Below, one piece after another: positions 11,201 through 28,130 of a DNA stretch of 32,000 nt; position 1 is the first letter of the stretch; every line of letters begins with the position of its first letter. The position numbers and the translations under genes are program-made. This DNA is from Zygophlyctis sp. KS116. Lineage: Eukaryota; Fungi; Chytridiomycota. Under the pieces are notes generated by a model. That model was given only the letters and a program-made list of their open reading frames with translations, did not search any database and had not been told where the DNA came from. The DNA lies in the NCBI GenBank assembly GCA_054661495.1, contig BAAFSQ010000001.1, positions 105,694-137,693 on the forward strand, written 5' to 3'.

Positions 11201-13514
11201 CGCTGAAGATGAACTGGTCCAAGATGCTAAATCTGCATTAGCTATATATCCTGATCCATTTTTACAACTCGATGAAATTAGTGAAACAAATACAGAAAAT
11301 TCTGAAGGGAAAGGATCAAAAGATATTAAAGATGTTCATATTCTCCGTGATGAACCCTACCCTGGAGCTACAAAGAAGCAAATAATTGAATACAGGTCAT
11401 TCTTTATTGAAGGTCCTGCTGATTATATTGAACACATTGAAAAACGATCAAAGAATATTTTGATCCGTATCTCTATGCTCTTTCAAATACGTCACAAAGT
11501 TAAGCCTGAACCTGGTATGACCATTCCACCAGTCAGCGGAACCCCTCCAGCTCCATGGTGGGGAACTGATGAAGATCGAGACCTTTTAATCAGTGTTTGC
11601 AAACATGGATATCAGAATTACGAAAAAATGAAGTTGGATCCAGAACTATGCTTCTACAAACGAATATACGGAAATTACATAAATAACTCTACAGCTTCTT
11701 CTGCTGATGAAATTGAACCTTCTGCAGGTGAAAATGCACATTCTGAATCTGGAGATCAAAATAATTTATCAAAATGTGATGATGATAATACTCAGCCAGA
11801 GAACACTGCAATTCCATCAAACCATCATTCAGAAGGCAAGGATGCAAATGAAGATGTTGATCAAATGGCCACGGAACCTGAAGATGCAGACTCTATCATG
11901 GATATCGATGTCAATAATGAGGACAGAATAGCAACAGATGCCACGGAACCTAATCCAGAGATGGACACAAACGCTTCTGAATTAAATCATGAACCATCTG
12001 GCCTCCAAGATGCGATAGTATTTCCGTCTGCAAGTGAGTTGGGAGTACGGCTGAGGAAACTCCTTACGGCATTTAACAGAATTTTTGCAAACGCAATTAG
12101 AGAAGAAGCAAAAAAAGTTTTAAATCTAGCAAATAAAGCCAAAGCAAAGACAGAAATACCACCTAATCGCAGATTTGCAAAAGATGGATTAGTTTTAACT
12201 AAAAGAGATAAATTTGGTAAGAGTATTTTATCTAATATTTTAGATTTCCAGAAATGTCTCGTTTCCTTTGGTGTTCCTACAGCCGTGGGTGATAGTTATG
12301 ACTGGCAAAAGTTTAGGGAGCTGTCTGGTCTCAGTAAAAATGATGATCTTTTGGAGGACTACTATGAGAAACTGATGCTTATGTGCTCGGAGGTGATTGA
12401 ACGTACAGAGACAACAATACATCAATTTAATTCTGATGGTCTCGATGGAGAAAATGGATATTCTGAATTGGCATCTAAAGAATTAATATCAGCCGCCAAA
12501 ATTATTGTTGATAGGGACGGGGAAACTCTCACATATGACAAGGCCAAGAAAATCATGAAAAGGATTGAAGTAATGAGACGACTTCGTGAAGACGTTTTAA
12601 AGCTTCCTGACCTATCTGAAAAGCTTGATAGTCTCCTTCGACCTAGCATATCCGGCTCTCTTCCACAATGGTATTTGCCCGAACATGATTATCCCTTATT
12701 ACATGCAGTTGCTAAGTGGGGCCTTTTGAGAGGTGATTTAATAATTCAAGATAAATCATTTCCCTTTTATGATATTCATATGGAACATCTCAAATCTACA
12801 GGATTAGATAAAGAATCAGGTGTCTTGCCTCATGATTTAGTTGCAGGAAAAATGGAAGACAGGTTTTGGATCAGAGACCATGCACTTTTGAAAAGAATTG
12901 AATATTTCTGTGATCAATTAGGCAAAAAAATAACAAAAAGAGGACCACGTAGAACCAAAAAAAGAGCTGTACAATGGACACCAATAGATACTGAATCTGA
13001 TGAAGAATTTATTTCTCAACCAACCACATCTGCCTCAGGCCTTAAACTGAAACTCAAGCTTAATCTTTCCAAAGAAGCATTAGACTCTGAATCTAAACTT
13101 TTAGCAAAACAAGAAAGGCGCAAAAAAAGAAAGGAAGAAAAGGAATCTACTAAAAAATATGAAGATCTTGATCCCATTAGTGATGATACTGATGTCATGC
13201 TAGAAGATGTAGAGAACCGCCTCAGCCGCACCCGTTCTCGTAATCAAAGTACATGTAGTGAAGCGGATGAAGGTAGTAGCTCTAATATTCCTACTCCATC
13301 TCTGATTCCTTCACCACTGACTGAAGCTGCTACTGCTGATGACGAGATAAAAATTCCACCACCCTCCTCATCGAGATCATTTACATCTATTGCATCTATT
13401 GTGAATGAAGATAGTTTAGACAGTATTAATATTTTGGGAAAGAGAGATCCATCACAAATGTATTCAGAAGAGGACGTTAAAAGGCTCAAGTTGCAAGAAT
13501 TAAATAAAGACTAA
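8290..13514 (+). CDS. Chromodomain-helicase-DNA-binding remodeler, subfamily III (CHD6-9/Kismet-like)
   Basis: Tandem chromodomains, SNF2 ATPase (LADEMGLGKT, DEAH, QSRCHRIGQ) and CHD7-like [26 protein letters not shown] and FCEEDIDQIL. Introns 8368-8392, 8702-8850, 8968-8993, 12217-12243. Confidence 0.9.
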
Positions 13515-13599
13515 TGTCTTAATTATTTACAATGAGAGATGCTAATAATAAAATTTAAACTTTCAAAGCGTTTACTTTTCGCGTTGGAATTTTTTTTAA

Positions 13600-15684
13600 A
13601 TGGTAAATTGCACAATTTGACTGTAGGCAGGGGCATTTGATAATGCAAAGAAAATTATAAAGTCTCTGGACTCTGATATTGAATCGCACTTTGGCTATGT
13701 GTACTCTGTCTCTGGTCCTGGTATATTTTTACTTTAACGTTAGTTGTTGTTGCTGAGAAAATGTTTGGTTGTGCAATGTTTGAGCTGGTAATCCACTTTT
13801 TATCTTACAATAGGTCCGTGTGGGTCATTATGAGCTTGTCGGTGAAGTGATCCGTATTGACCATGACAAGGCAACGATTCAGGTCTACGAGGAAACTTCA
13901 GGTGTAATGATTGGAGATCCAGTCTTAAGAACTGGAAAACCTCTCTCTGTGGAGTTGGGCCCTGGGATTTGTAATAGTATCTTTGATGGGATTCAAAGAC
14001 CTTTAAAGGTAGTCTTTAGAAAATTAATTTTTAGGATATTCAAGAGCTATCGCAGTCTATTTACATTCCAAGAGGTATTAATACACCGGCTCTAGATAAA
14101 AAGATTTCATGGGATTTTGAGCCCATTAATTTCAAGGTTGGGGATCATATTACTGGTGGAGACATTTATGGAAAAGTAGCTGAAAATACTCTGGTGAGTC
14201 ATTTGATTATGCTACCTCCAAAAGCAGCAGGTACAGTGACTTATATTGCAATCAAGGGACAGTATACGCTGACTGTATATATATATTTTAAAAGTTAGGA
14301 TGTTGTTTTAGAATTGGAATTTGGGGGAGTGAAAACAAAGTATACAATGTTGCAAAATTGGCCTGTTAGAACTCCACGTCCCACGTCAGATAAATTAGCA
14401 GCAGATTATCCTTTATTAACTGGACAAAGAGTTTTAGACGCTCTATTTCCGTAATAATTTTTTATTTTATTTTAGATGTGTTCAGGGTGGTACTACTGCT
14501 ATTCCTGGTGCTTTTGGCTGTGGAAAAACTGTTATTTCACAAGCACTGTCAAAGTATTCAAATTCTGATATTATCATTTATGTTGGATGTGGTGAGAGAG
14601 GTAATGAGATGGCTGAAGTTTTAATGGATTTCCCAGAAGTAAAATTAAACAATTTAAATGTTTTAGTTGACAATTGAAGTTAATGGAAAGAAGGAAGGTA
14701 TTATGCAGCGTACAACACTTGTTGCTAATACTTCAAATATGCCTGTGGCTGCTAGAGAGGCGTCTATTTATACAGGAATTACACTTTCTGAATACTTTAG
14801 AGATCAAGGAAAGGATGTCGCTATGATGGCCGACTCTACTTCTCGTTGGGCCGAAGCTCTTCGTGAAATTTCTGGGCGATTAGCTGAAATGCCTGCTGGT
14901 ATTAATATCTTTTTATTTAAATTTTAGACTCTGGGTATCCTGCTTATTTGGGAGCTCGTTTGGCCTCCTTTTATGAACGTGCTGGTAAGGTTGTATGCCT
15001 TGGAAATCCCCAAAGAAAGGGAAGTGTAAGTATAGTAGGGGCTGTGTCTCCCCCTGGAGGTGATTTCTCGGATCCTGTTACACTTGCTACACTTGGTATT
15101 GTTCAAGTATTTTGGGGACTTGACAAAAAGCTTGCTCAAAGAAAACATTTCCCATCCGTGAATTGGTCGGTGAGTTACTCTAAATACATGAAAGCTCTTG
15201 AACCATACTATGAAAATTTTGATCCTGATTTCATTAACCTTCGAACAAAAGCAAAGGAAATCTTGCAATTGGAGGAAGATTTATCAGAAATTGTTCAACT
15301 TGTCGGAAAGGTATAATTCAAGCAATTAAATTATAGAGTGCTTTGGCTGAAAAGGATAAGATTACTTTAGAAATCGCCAAGCTTCTCAAAGATGATTTCC
15401 TTCAGCAAAATGGTTATTCTGCCTATGATCGCTACTGCCCATTCTATAAAACTGTTGGAATTTTAAGAAACATGATTGGATTTTATGACCTTGCCGTACA
15501 TGCAACCGAAGCTTCAGCAGGAAGCATCACCTGGGCAAAAATCAAGGATCATATGAATGATATTCTATACAAGTTGAGTTCAATGAAATTTGAAGATCCT
15601 GCTGATGGAGAGACTGTAGTCAAGGAACGCTATTCAAATCTATACAAGGAAATGGAAGAAAAATTTCGAACATTATTGGATTAA
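13600..15684 (+). CDS. VMA1: V-type H+-ATPase catalytic subunit A, no intein
   Basis: [51 protein letters not shown]. Nine introns: 13603-13626, 13721-13743, 13788-13813, 14009-14034, 14275-14298, 14451-14475, 14639-14666, 14899-14927, 15311-15336. The first coding exon is only the ATG. Confidence 0.96.
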
Positions 15685-15689
15685 TAAAC

Positions 15690-16191
15690 CTAAGATATGC
15701 AACCCGTACAACCTTTAATTATTGCATCCCTTGCAAATGGAATATAAGATATTGAGTACCAAAATAGAGCAAAATACTGTATAATGCACAATACAAAGAT
15801 CAAGACCACACTATCCATTGTAAAAGCCACAACCAACGTAGCAGCCATTGAACCTAAAAATACGCAAGTTGCAATAATTCTAGTAGAATCAAACATTTTC
15901 TTTAATTGGGAAACAAATCCAGTCAGGAAACCAGTTGCAACCAGACCGATTACATTACCAATAGTATATAATACAGCGAAACCTGGCCTGTTGCCTGAAA
16001 TCAGCAAGAGGGTTGAACACAGAGATAAAACTATTCCAACAGAAAAACAAATCCCAAAAGCATAAAACCGTTGCATTCGGGTCAACTGAAAGCCCCCGCA
16101 CATCTATATTTATTATATTAAAAATCACCTGCTCTAGAGAACTAGAGTCTGACTGCGAAGAGCCAAAAAAATCAGTTATTCCTGAAGACAT
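15690..16191 (-). CDS. SFT2/Got1-family vesicle transport membrane protein (SFT2D-like)
   Basis: LTRMQRFYAFGICF, FAVLYTIGN, QLKKMFDSTRIIAT, ALFWYSISYIPFARDA. Intron 16104-16128 (25 nt). Confidence 0.88.
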
Positions 16192-16239
16192 AATGTAAAA
16201 ACCTAGGCGCGAATTTTGGTGTTGAGGTTTAGATTAAAA

Positions 16240-16842
16240 ATGTTTGGGTTTGTTGGCACTCTTTCAGAGTCTGTGATTCGTTCTTCTCTCAGTCCTAGTC
16301 TTCAGGCTCTTTGCTCAAAGTATCCTTCTGTTGTAAATATTCCTGTACAGTGGGGAGAACAGGATGCTTTTGGACACTTGTAAATTTTTTAATTTTTTTA
16401 AAATTGTAGAAATAATTGTGTTTATGCAAGATATGCTGAAACTTCCAGACTTGCCTATATTTCTCAAATTTTAGGAAATATTCCAGCAGAACAAGTTGAA
16501 AAATATTTATCAGCAGATCCTATAGGTCCAATTGTAAAATCATTGACTATAAACTATAAATTTCCAGTTAAATTTCCAGATATTTTACTTGTTGCGTCTA
16601 CAGTCTCTGCAGATAAATTAACAGAGACTTCATTTACACATGAATTTGTAATGATTTCTCATGAACAAGGAAGAATTGTAGCAACTGGAACTGCAGTCAT
16701 GGTAATGTTTAACTTTAATGAAAATTGTAAAGCTAAACTCTCTAATGATATTATCAGTGCAATGACTGCTGCTGATGTTTCAGGCTCAGGTTCAGATTCT
16801 GAAAAGAGTCCAGGGCAGGGGCAGAGAAAAGCAAAACTCTAA
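16240..16842 (+). CDS. Hotdog-fold acyl-CoA thioesterase (4HBT/YbgC-like)
   Basis: Spliced motif PVQWGEQDAFGHL|NNCVYARYAETSR and INYKFPVKFPD. Intron 16380-16409 (30 nt). Confidence 0.85.
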
Positions 16843-17252
16843 TGACTGGAGTGATTTATCTGGGAAGAATTCCTCATGGATTCTATGAAACTGAAATGAA
16901 ATCCTATTTTTCTCAATTTGGAACTGTTGAAAGAATCTCAATTCCAAGAAATAAGAAAACTGGAAGATTTAAGCATTTTGCATTTATAGAATTTCAAGAT
17001 GAAAAAGTTGCAAAAATTGCTCAAGAAACAATGGACAATTACTTATTAATGAATCATCAACTTGTTTGTAAAATGGTGAATGAAATTCCAGATAATCTAT
17101 GCAGTAAAAAATTTAAATTTATCAATTGGGTAAAAAAAGAGGCTCTAAAAAGATCTAAAAGCTCTTTAGAATCTAGAAAAGCAAGAATAAACTCTAAAAT
17201 GCAAGAGAAAAATCAAAAAATGAAGGATTTGGGAATAGATTATTCATTTTAA
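16842..17252 (+). CDS. NOP15: Nucleolar RRM protein Nop15/NIFK-like (60S biogenesis)
   Basis: GVIYLGRIPHGFYETEMKSYFSQFG, RNKKTGRFKHFAFIEF, ETMDNYLL and C-terminal GIDYSF. Confidence 0.88.
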   Translation: MTGVIYLGRIPHGFYETEMKSYFSQFGTVERISIPRNKKTGRFKHFAFIEFQDEKVAKIAQETMDNYLLMNHQLVCKMVNEIPDNLCSKKFKFINWVKKEALKRSKSSLESRKARINSKMQEKNQKMKDLGIDYSF

Positions 17253-17278
17253 AAATAGATTTTTCTACCAAAATTTGA

Positions 17279-18497
17279 ATGTTTTTCCGGAATTTCAGAA
17301 ACTTGAATCGTTTTGTGAGTAATTACTCGACTCTAGTTGTCAAGGAGAGAAGAAAGGTTGGATCCTGGTACTTGAGCACTGCCGGACTTGTGTTTGGAAT
17401 TGTTGTTTTGGGAGGGTTGACGAGACTCACAGAGTCTGGTTTGAGTATTACTGAATGGAATGTTGTCAAGGGGATAAAGTTTCCTTCGAATCCGCTGGAA
17501 TGGCAGGAAGAGTTTGACAAGTATAAAGACAGCCCAGAAGGGATTTTATTAAACAAGAATATGGGAATTGATGAATTTAAAAATATTTTTTTCATGGAAT
17601 GGGCTCATCGGATTTGGGGGTAAATGCAAAATACTAAACTTTAGGAGAGCTATTGGTTTGTTTTTCATTGTTCCTGGTGCTTATTTTGCGTACAAGGGAT
17701 ATATGACTAGGAGATTAAGTCAAAGATCGTTACTTTTAGGAGGATTAATTGGTACTCAAGGGATTCTTGGGTGGTTAATGGTCAAATCTGGACTGGATTT
17801 AGAATTGATTAGTCAAAATGCACATCCTAGAGTTAGTCATTATTGGTTAGCTGCGCATTTAGGAAGTGCATTTGTCATTTATTCTGGTTTGTTTTTGACT
17901 GGATTGGAAATTTTATCTGTAATTTTTTTAAAATTAAATCAAAGAAAACTGTCACCAATTCAGTACATGATAAGCAATTAATGAGATTCAAGAGATTTGC
18001 AATTGGAACTGCATCATTGGTTTTTATAACTGCGCTTTCTGGAGCTCTAGTAGCGGGTTTGGATGCTGGATTGATTTATAACGAGTTTCCAAATATGGGA
18101 GTAGGAATAGTACCGGCGGATTTATGGCAGCTTTCTACAAAATCTGAAAGAAATCCATTGCCGATTCCATGGTGGAGGAATCTTTTGGAAAATCCTTCTG
18201 CTGTTCAATTTAATCATAGAGTGATGGTATGATTTTAAATCTAAGTATACATAGGCTACGACTACTTCAACAGCAATTCTAGGTTTGTGGGCTTATTCAA
18301 GAAGATTGCCACTGCCTGCACCCTCAAGACTTGCCATTAATGCTCTTCTTGGAGTGACAACGCTACAAGTGGGAATGGGTATAAGCACTTTGATATATTT
18401 CGTGCCAACTGAATTGGCAGCTGCTCATCAGGCAGGGTCTCTCACATTATTATCTGTTGCTCTTTGGCTCATTCACTCATTGAGAATGATAAGGTGA
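17279..18497 (+). CDS. COX15: Heme A synthase
   Basis: [59 protein letters not shown]. Introns 17620-17644, 17919-17944, 18227-18254. Confidence 0.94.
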
Positions 18498-18520
18498 TAA
18501 GGTTTTTTGGAAAATAAACT

Positions 18521-20792
18521 TTATTCATGGATTCTTTCATCGTTTGAATCTGGCGCTGAAGATCCAAATTTAATTTTAAGTAATTCGTATTTCTTTCGGT
18601 CCTGGAAATTAGAACTTTCACCTGATTTACCTTTTTTCCAACTGATGCAGTGATCTTTGAGAATGAATCTAAAAAATTAGCGTGCTTCACAGTAATTTTA
18701 TATTCCTTGCTGTATGCCTTGGCAGAATTTATTCCTTGAGAATAGACAGTGCATCTTAGAGCTGTTACAGCTGCCTCCCGAACAAGTGCAGCCAAATCAG
18801 CACCACTATAGCTTTCACATCTTGAGTCTGAAGCAATAATTTCAAGATTCACATCTTTATCTAAAGGTGTTTTCCTTGTTAATGTTTTCAAGATTTCTAG
18901 TCTTTCCATTTGATTCGGCAAGTCTACATATAAGGTTTTGTCCAAACGTCCTGGTCTCAGCATCGCTGGATCAATCATATCAGGTCGATTGGTTGCAGCG
19001 ATAACGTACACCTGATTTCTCCCTTGCATGCCATCCATTTCTGTTAATAAAGTATTAACGAGCCTGGAAGAAGATTGTGACTATTAAAATGAGAAAGAAT
19101 AATCTACCTCAGACTCCGACGATCTAGAAGGACAAAGAGCATCCAATTCATCAAAAAAGATTACACAAGGTGAAGATGCTGCAGCTCTAGCAAATACCAT
19201 CCTAACTGCACGTTCGCTTTCACCAACATACTAAAAAGTTTTAAAGCTTTTATGCGATTATTACCTTGTTGAGAAGTTCAGGTCCTTTAACAGATATAAA
19301 GTTGCAATGACTTTCATTTGCAACTGCCTTCGCCAACAAAGTTTTTCCACAACCCGGTGGGCCGTAGAGTAGAACTCCCATCGGTGCAGATATTCCAACA
19401 CTACTAAAATACTCTGGGTGTTTGATTGGTTCGACTACAGCCATACGCAATTCATCTCGAATCTTTGATAATGCACCAATATCTTCCCAACTGACACCTG
19501 GAACTGTAGCAAATCCTTCTCGTTTTGCAGATGGCTGTACTTTTCCCAAAGCCGTAAGGAAATCTTGATGCGTTATACATAGAGATTCTAATTCTTCTCC
19601 ATTCAAGGGCTCTTTGCGAATCTTGTTCAAAATCTGCTTTTTGTTATCTTCGTCTAGCTCCATTTCATTAATTAAGTTTTCAGGTTCTGAAAGATTTTCA
19701 AATACTCGATGAACTGCAAGCATACCAGCCTCTGAAGTCAGAGCCATCAAGTCGGCCCCGACAAATCCTGGTGTAAGTTTAGCTAATTTAATAAAATCAA
19801 AGTTCCCTTCTAGCCTAAGTTTTTGTGAAAGTTTTTCCAAAATTCTACAAATAAGTTTGATCATTGTTTTACCTGGCTCTTGATTTTTCATCAGGAACTC
19901 CCATACTTATTTCCCTATCAAATCTTCCAGCTCTTCTCAGAGCAGGATCTAGAGAGTCTGGCCTATTTGTAGCCCCTATAATTATAACAGGTTCAGAATT
20001 TAACGTTAAATCATCCATGCAAGTCAGCAGCTGGGAAACTATCCTCCTTTCCATTTCCCTTTGTGCAGTTTCTCTCTTTGGGGTGATTGCATCGATTTCA
20101 TCTATAAATAATATGCAAGGTGCAGCAGTCTTGGCATCTTCAAAAACTTCTCTAATCTTTTTTTCTGATTCACCAGACATTCCAGAAACTATCGATGGCG
20201 CGGAGATATTGATCAATGGAATTAAAAACTCTCCAGCAATAGCATTTGCAAGAACTGTTTTTCCAACTCCCGGAGGACCATGCAATAGTATTCCTCTTGG
20301 AGGCTGAACTCCTAAATAAGAATAAACTTGCGGATGCTTTAAAGGCATTCCAATCAATTGTAAAATCTCCTGAATGATTGTATCTATACCACCAAGATCT
20401 GATAATTTGGATGTCGGGACCGACCATTTCTGTTCTCTTTTCAACTTTTTCAACTTTGGTTCATCCTTGCCATCAGTTGCAGCTTTAATATTTTCCTTTT
20501 TAGAATACACATTTAGCAATGATGCATTTAGGGAATTATCATTAATCTGCTCCAAAGGATTTGAATCCAGAGAAGAATCGGATTCGTCCTTTCTTAATGA
20601 ATCGATTGCAGACTCTATAGCTCTTTTAACATTTCTCGCCGGTTTCCTTTTGAATGATTGATCGGCATGTATAATATAATTGTAGATGTCTTCTAAATTC
20701 CATGCATTATCATGGGCTGCCGAATGCTGATACTTTACAATCAGACTAGAGACTCTCTTTTCAAGGCCGGATTCTAATGATGATCTTTTCAT
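18521..20792 (-). CDS. RIX7: Type II AAA ATPase Rix7/NVL (60S biogenesis)
   Basis: D1 [37 protein letters not shown]; D2 [22 protein letters not shown]. Introns 19845-19872, 19231-19264, 19081-19107, 18602-18630. Confidence 0.92.
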
Positions 20793-21003
20793 TTGATAAA
20801 AATTCAACGGTAGGGTTAACTGCATGAATTATCGGACATTGCTCATTGGTTCCCCAAAATCATTGATATCTTCAATTTATTTAATTACAGAAGGCATTAT
20901 TATTGTATAGTACATTATGACCCAAATTCTTTTTACGTACGATCATAAGAGATCTAGAGATGTTACAAGACGTTGATCGGACATTAGTAATTTCCGATTT
21001 AGA

Positions 21004-21555
21004 ATGAAATCTAAAACAACTCAATTCCCTGCTCCATTTCAATATAAAAGATCGGATCCAGACATATTTGGTCAGGAATCAACAATTATATCGTCAAGTA
21101 GACAGCTAGAGATTTCATCTTGGAGAGAAAACAAATCTTTTGAGATGAGAAAAGCAGCGATTTCAAAATCTAAAAAGGAATCAATTGAGCTCATTCCCCC
21201 AAATGAGACATCAAAAGATCGATGCATTCGTAATAAAATCAAGGACATTAATCGCCTTATTAATATGGTCAAGTCTAGATATTCTAATAATTCGTTCGCA
21301 TCAGCTGTTTATAATTCTACAACTTTAAATAACTCTTCAGTCTTAAAAGATCAAAGGAAAAATGTTTATTATAAACCCAATAATGATCGGAAACTCAAAA
21401 AGAAAAAATTAGAATATAATGATCTAGATGTCCAACTGCATTCTAATAAACCATTGATTCACCCGTCAATTGGTGAAAACCCTCTAAGACGGAGATTTAA
21501 CACTCAATATGATCGTGCTTACAGACAAGTGATTTCAAATTTCTTTAGATCCTAA
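21004..21555 (+). CDS. Hypothetical basic protein, 183 aa
   Basis: K/R/N/S-rich ORF that fills the gap between RIX7 and the kinase. Its stop lies 1 bp from the kinase stop. The 5' end is uncertain. Confidence 0.5.
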   Translation: MKSKTTQFPAPFQYKRSDPDIFGQESTIISSSRQLEISSWRENKSFEMRKAAISKSKKESIELIPPNETSKDRCIRNKIKDINRLINMVKSRYSNNSFASAVYNSTTLNNSSVLKDQRKNVYYKPNNDRKLKKKKLEYNDLDVQLHSNKPLIHPSIGENPLRRRFNTQYDRAYRQVISNFFRS

Positions 21556-21556
21556 A

Positions 21557-26007
<4,451 letters not shown>

Positions 26008-26018
26008 TTTTTTACAAA

Positions 26019-27705
26019 TCAATTCTCGAGAAAACTCTCCTATTTGTTAATCCTATATCGTTACCATCGTTTCAGAAGTTTTAGATGTTTGCCCCTGATG
26101 ATGAATATAGTCATACTGAACACTGGAATCTCCATAATCTGGAAAATCTGAATTTAGATCTGTAGACGCTTCGTTCCAATATCTACTAACAAATGATATT
26201 GCCTCACATAGAACATTTTGTGAATAGCCCGTGATTTCTTGGAAAAGGCATTCATTTAAATCTTTTTTTTTAATCTTCTTTAATTACCTGATTCATAGCA
26301 GAGTGAAAATAAAGATGATGCCAACATACTATTACTATATTTGAGACAATCGTAGTCGGCAACTGAATCAGCCAATGCATTCGAGGCTTTGACAAATAAA
26401 GTGGCATGTATATTACAAGCCAGAATTAAGCCAAATGTGTCAATATCTACATGCCCATTTAAATCTACATTCTCATCAGGCATTTCAGGTCTTTTCAATC
26501 TAATAAGTTGAAAATAAGTTAATAAAAAGTCGTGAGGCGTATGAAAAGATATTTCCCATCCAAATTTCTAAAGATAAAACTAGAGAATTATACCTTGAAC
26601 ATTTTGAATTCTAAATCAGCAACCTTCTTTTTAGCGTCGTACAAAATAGCAGCATTCATTGATTCGTTATCCGGATCGAGCATAAATTCACAAAGCGTTT
26701 CTGCTAATGGCGGCTCCTCTTCCTAATCTTTAAATAAGTTAAATTAACCTCGACTTTGCTAGCAGCAATTAGTGCTGTTGCTCCTAAAAGTTGAAAAAGT
26801 GAGTCTGGCGGAAAGTTTGCATCTTTACTTAGATAAAGATCAAAGTAATTAACTGCCAGATGGAACGTTTGCCTCTTAAGTCTGTGTTCATGCGCTACCT
26901 ATGTATTTTAGTTACTAGATTTAACGTTACCTGATGCATCCAATTAATGACAAGCCATCTCATCACTTTATTTATCAAGTTATGCTTTATCAAATAGGTA
27001 CTTGATCTGTTTTCCATTAAGAAGGCCTCATTTGCATTATCGAATTTCCATTGTTGAGAAAGCTGCTCTATTAAATCCTTTTATCAGTATTGCTTTATCT
27101 TACATTCTTTGCCAGATTAGCTATATATGGTGGAAGATTAGGCAATATACCACGTGAAAGAATTGGAGTAGTGCATCTTGAGTTTGGAATCGAAGCACCA
27201 TAACTAACTGCATTCCCGAAATGATTAGAAGTTCCCGCTCTTGAATTTCCTGGACTGCTTTGCTGAAAAGGTGAATGAGACTCTGGATAAAAATTGAAAT
27301 CATTAATAGAACCGTATGATTGTTCAGCACTGTCCTGACTATGCCCTTGCCGTTCTGAATCTAGATACAAACACTCACCATCTGCCTTTGGTTTCTTGTT
27401 AAGATGCTCATCATCACTTGACACATCGCATTTCCTTTTATTGATTGTGGATATATTGATAGTGGAAAATCCATTATTTCCATGGATTTCCGTATCTGGT
27501 GTGGTACTCGGAGAAGGCCCCTATGTATTAACTGGAAAAATTAATCACTACCATATGTGATTCTTTGATATACTGCCTCCCTTTTGAATGTACGATGGGT
27601 TCCTCTAAGCTGGTGTCCGGTCCTGGGGTGATAGATGCAACATTAAAAAGGCTAATGCTTTCACTATCGATTATCAATATATGTCGATGCTTACGAAACA
27701 GTCAT
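26019..27705 (-). CDS. Cyclin, cyclin E-like
   Basis: Cyclin box MRWLVINWMHQ|VAHEHRLKRQTFHLAVNYFDLYL...FQLLGATALIAASKVE|EEEPP and DYDCLKYSNSMLASSL. Introns 27664-27694, 27521-27551, 27078-27103, 26899-26930, 26723-26748, 26568-26593, 26262-26287, 26040-26064. If the last intron is not spliced the stop is at 26053. Confidence 0.8.
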
Positions 27706-27757
27706 AATATAATATATAATTCTTCTTAACTGCAGATTATTACTAGGATGCTAAACT

Positions 27758-27796
27758 CTCGCGTTGAGTTCGCGCGTTGTTAGCTATTTTCGCGTT
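27758..27796. promoter_or_regulatory. Cluster of CGCG (MCB/SCB/E2F-like) elements upstream of the cyclin
   Basis: TCGCGTT, TTCGCGCGTT and TTTTCGCGTT within 40 bp, 55-90 bp upstream of the cyclin ATG, in an AT-rich background. Confidence 0.6.
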
Positions 27797-28130
27797 CGTG
27801 CAAAACCAGAAAGAAACTGTGGAATTCTCCTTGCCACGTGAAATTCCAACTAAATCAAAGAGATTACCCGTGTTTTATTGTTAAGCAGTCCTATTCTAAT
27901 CGTAAGGCATAGTATAGCTAACAATCCCCTTAATAATTATCCCAAACATCAATCATATCCTTCCTCACAAATAAGAAATTCCATCTTGATTACTCAAACT
28001 TAATTTAAATATTGGACTTGAGATCAATTAATAAATGACATTAATTCTTTAATAATAATCATCATGACTGTAATTAAATCCAAGCGAATCTCCACGAGTC
28101 ATCGACAATTGTAATTTTTCCGTATACCTG

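Noticed and set aside
14570-14620. VMA1 intein (VDE/PI-SceI) insertion site
   Set aside because: [15 protein letters not shown] is contiguous, so no intein is present.
16790-16818. Cryptic 29-nt intron that would fuse thioesterase to NOP15
   Set aside because: The frame would work, but the segment is purine/GC-rich and unlike the AT-rich introns here. Only RNA-seq can exclude it.
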